Below, in pieces: positions 60,569 to 64,000 of a stretch of 64,000 nucleotides of DNA. A program made the translations under genes and the position numbers. Location of the stretch: assembly GCA_964016885.1 (NCBI GenBank), contig OZ024741.1:393204001-393268000 (forward strand), in the 5' to 3' direction. Origin of the DNA: Eledone cirrhosa (Eukaryota). The notes under the pieces were generated by a model. It was not told the DNA's origin. It saw nothing but the letters and a program-made list of their open reading frames with translations, and ran no database searches. The first letter of the stretch is position 1. The number at the start of each line of letters is the position of its first letter.

Positions 60569-60685
60569 ACATATATATATAAAAAGAAAAATGTTCGCTC
60601 TAAACATAAATATACATATTTTATAGTTGCGACAGTAAACAAAAAACAAAAAAAAGTGGAAGCGAAGAGGCAGTACAAATGTTTA

Positions 60686-61169
<484 letters not shown>

Positions 61170-61194
61170 GGTTGGAGCCGGTCAAGCGTTGAAA

Positions 61195-61754
61195 TGTATA
61201 ACAAAGTGCAAGGCAATAAAGATAGACGGTAGCCATGGAGTAGGCAGACCCAGAAAAACCTGGGACGACATGATAAATTCCGACCTCACACGCTTACACC
61301 TCTCCAAGACAATGTCACTGGACCGAGACCTTTGGCGGTACTCAGTAATAGAGAAGACCCGCCTTACCTAAATACAAAGTAAAACCTACTACAGTCAGTA
61401 GGCATCTCTATCAAAACACACCCCCGTCCCACCACCCCCACCCCATCCACACCGCCCCTTTCAATGTAAAGTTATGTTGGTGCCACAACATCCAGGCCGA
61501 AACAAATGAGATCGTGTAGGTGTCACGACAAAAAAAACACACAGTCCACGCTGTAATGTGGCCGTGTAGGCAACACGGTAAAAACCTCCCAGACCCACAC
61601 TGTAAATGTGGTTGGTGTTAGGAAGGGCATCCAGCTGTAGAAAACCCGCCAGACAGTCCTATGCGAGCAAGACAACCACTTTTGCCTCAAGTGGGAAAAC
61701 CCCCGTCCAAACCCATGCAAACGTGGAACACGGACGCTAAACCTTGATGATGAT
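61195..61754 (+). mobile_element. Young RTE-A 3' fragment
   Basis: [30 protein letters not shown]. The UTR is nearly identical to the reverse complement of 26405-26775. Confidence 0.95.
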
Positions 61755-61969
61755 ATATATATATATACACATATATATATACACACATATATATACATAT
61801 ATAAATATATACACACATATATAAATATATACACATATATATATATATATATACACATATATAAATATATACACACATATATAAATATATATATATATAC
61901 ACATATATATATATATATACACATATATATATATATATATATACACATATATATATATATATATATATA

Positions 61970-63268
61970 TAGGAAAATGTATGACCCCGACGGCAGAGCT
62001 CAAACCGTTTCGACGGTTATTTCTGGAGTAAATTAGAATTTTTAGTGTGGTAAATAAATAGCCAAACTTTTCAAGGGGTAATTCCTTATATGGGAAGATT
62101 GTAGTTGTCAAGAGGATTGGTCAAAATTTCTTGTAAACACAATTAAGTCTATCATGGCAGTGGGTGGGAGGTGGGGGCGGCTGAACTTGCCTGTAGAACA
62201 ATGAAGGAGTGGGTGGAGCCGGTCAAGCGTTGAAAGTGAATTCTATACAGTAAATTCTAAGGAGTGTGTATGAAATTAGGTTAGAGGAAGTAGGCGACAA
62301 AGGATTCTGGAGAAAATAGAAAAGGGATGTTATAGAATAGGTAAAAGAATAGGTAAATCAATTGAATAAGAAAAAATATAAAATTGGATAGTAAGAAGTG
62401 ATAAAAAAACTGTAGAGTCTAAAACAGCTGCTAAAACAGTTGGTGTTGGAGGTTAATAAGTTGAGAATAGAAGATACTAAATAAATAAAAAAGTTTTGAA
62501 ATTATAGAATTGGGTAGTAAAAAGTAATACAAAATCTCTGGGGTCTAAAACAGCTGCTATAATTAGTTGGTTTTGAGTGTTCGGCCAATGCTGTCTTTAA
62601 TTTACTGGGGTGGGGGTACTGAGGTTACAAAGGCCTGATGGGCTGCCTTGGAGTAGGCGAAAGGGGAAAAAGGAAGAGGATTAGGAGTGGAAGGAAATGA
62701 TAGGAAGAGAGAAAGGGAAGAAGAAAATAGAAAGGAGAAGAAAAGAGGTACATCTACCTATGTTAGCTGGGGTTTCCCCTATCTTGTTCGGCAAGTGGGG
62801 GGAAAAGGAGGATGTTGTAGCCATTGTCTACTAACCTGGGTTACTAGGGGGTTTGAGGGCGAGGTAAGTCCTACGTAATCAGTGTTTGTATGCAGTTACT
62901 AGTTTGTCTTTTTTGTTTAGGAGTTGGTCCTTCGTAAACAGCATTTGTAATGTTTCCTCCGAGCATAAGTTACATGGACGGCGTCCTCCCGTGTTGGAGT
63001 TAGCCCTGGACAGTTGATTATGTTGTGGTAGCGGTGTTGTGGTGGGAAGAGTTTTTCGAGGAGCCTAAAGAAGATATTCCCGATAAGTGTTGCAACCTCG
63101 GCATTGTGGGGAGGGTTGAACCACGTTACGTGGCGTGAGCGGCAGCGTCGCCTGCTGGTTCCGCTAAAGTTCGGGGTCATACATTTTCCTATTACCCACT
63201 CTATTACCCTAAGTATTGAATACTCTGGTGCATTATGGTCCATCTGGTTCCTCACCACAACTCCTTCG

Positions 63269-63304
<36 letters not shown>

Positions 63305-63437
63305 CGAAGAAAGTGTGGTAAAGAACCAGGTGGACCATAACGCACCAGAGTACTCAATACTTAGGGTAGTAGAGTGGATAATAGGAATATGTTCAAGACT
63401 CCTACAACAGAGCTCAAGCCGTTTCGACGGTTATTTC
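61970..63437. mobile_element. Rearranged Penelope-like element with inverted terminal copies around (TA)n
   Basis: Minus-strand RHVTWFNPPHNAEVATLIGNIFFRLLEKLFPPQHRYHNIIN at 63010-63170. Terminal module at 61970-62025, 63170-63270 and inverted at 63303-63437. Confidence 0.82.
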
Positions 63438-63444
63438 TATATAC

Positions 63445-63507
<63 letters not shown>

Positions 63508-63562
63508 TATACATATATAAATATATAAATATATACATATATAAATATATATATATAAATAT

Positions 63563-63695
63563 AGGGCATCCAGCTGTAGAAAACCCGCCAGACAGTCCTA
63601 TGCGAACAAGACAACCACTCTTGCCTCAAGTGGGAAAACCCCCGTCCAAACCCATGCAAGCGTGGAACACGGACGCTAAACCATGATGATGATGA
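63563..63695 (+). mobile_element. Short RTE-A 3' tail insertion
   Basis: AGGGCATCCAGCTGTAGAAAACCCGCC..GGACGCTAAACCATGATGATGAT. Confidence 0.9.
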
Positions 63696-63738
63696 TACAT
63701 ATATAAATATGTAAATATATCCATATATAAATATATCC

Positions 63739-63769
<31 letters not shown>

Positions 63770-63778
63770 CATATATAT

Positions 63779-64000
63779 CATCATCATTTTACGTCCGCTT
63801 TTCCCTGCTTGCAAGGGTGGGACGAGAACTGATTCTGGCTTGATTTCTACAGCTGGATGCCCTTCCTAACACCAACCTCATTTACAGTGAGTGCTGGGTG
63901 CTTTTTTTCCGTGGCGCCTACATGTCCACTTTACAGTGTGGGCTGGGTGCTTTTTTGCACCTCCACGACCACTTTGCAGTGGAATGATAGGTACCCCAGT
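63779..64000 (-). mobile_element. Second copy of the mosaic SINE (3' part; runs off the window)
   Basis: B-type tail plus C-type UTR units. GTGGAATGATAGG.ACCCCAGT matches 44027-44050. Confidence 0.85.

Overview
AT-rich, repeat-saturated animal genomic DNA, most likely octopus. This is inferred from tRNA-derived SINEs carrying the Nin/Deu-type core GCCTTTCATCC..GGGGTCGATAAA, abundant RTE LINEs and huge (TA)n fields. No prokaryotic operon or CRISPR array is present. The only credible host-gene sequence is two in-phase minus-strand exons (19558-19626, 18991-19080) of an unidentified protein, so the window is probably mostly intron. Bases 1-26 kb are a graveyard of old nested elements: R4, CRE, Expander-type RTE, piggyBac, Helitron, Gypsy, Penelope and SINEs. 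Bases 26-64 kb hold younger RTE LINEs of at least three subfamilies whose RT carries an inserted PHD (C4HC3) finger, plus CR1-group LINEs, Penelope pLTR inversions with minimal hammerhead ribozymes and non-autonomous RTE derivatives. From about 39 kb onward these sit inside more than 10 kb of strand-skewed (TA)nCA microsatellite. The long IYIY-type ORFs are microsatellite artefacts. Best leads: a SINE copy at 29384-29530 that looks like a genomic fossil of ADAR A-to-I hyper-editing; the PHD finger inside the RT; paired inverted hammerheads whose helix III is (AT)4; and modular 5'/3' UTR exchange between LINEs and SINEs. All alignments were done by eye and boundaries of old elements are approximate.
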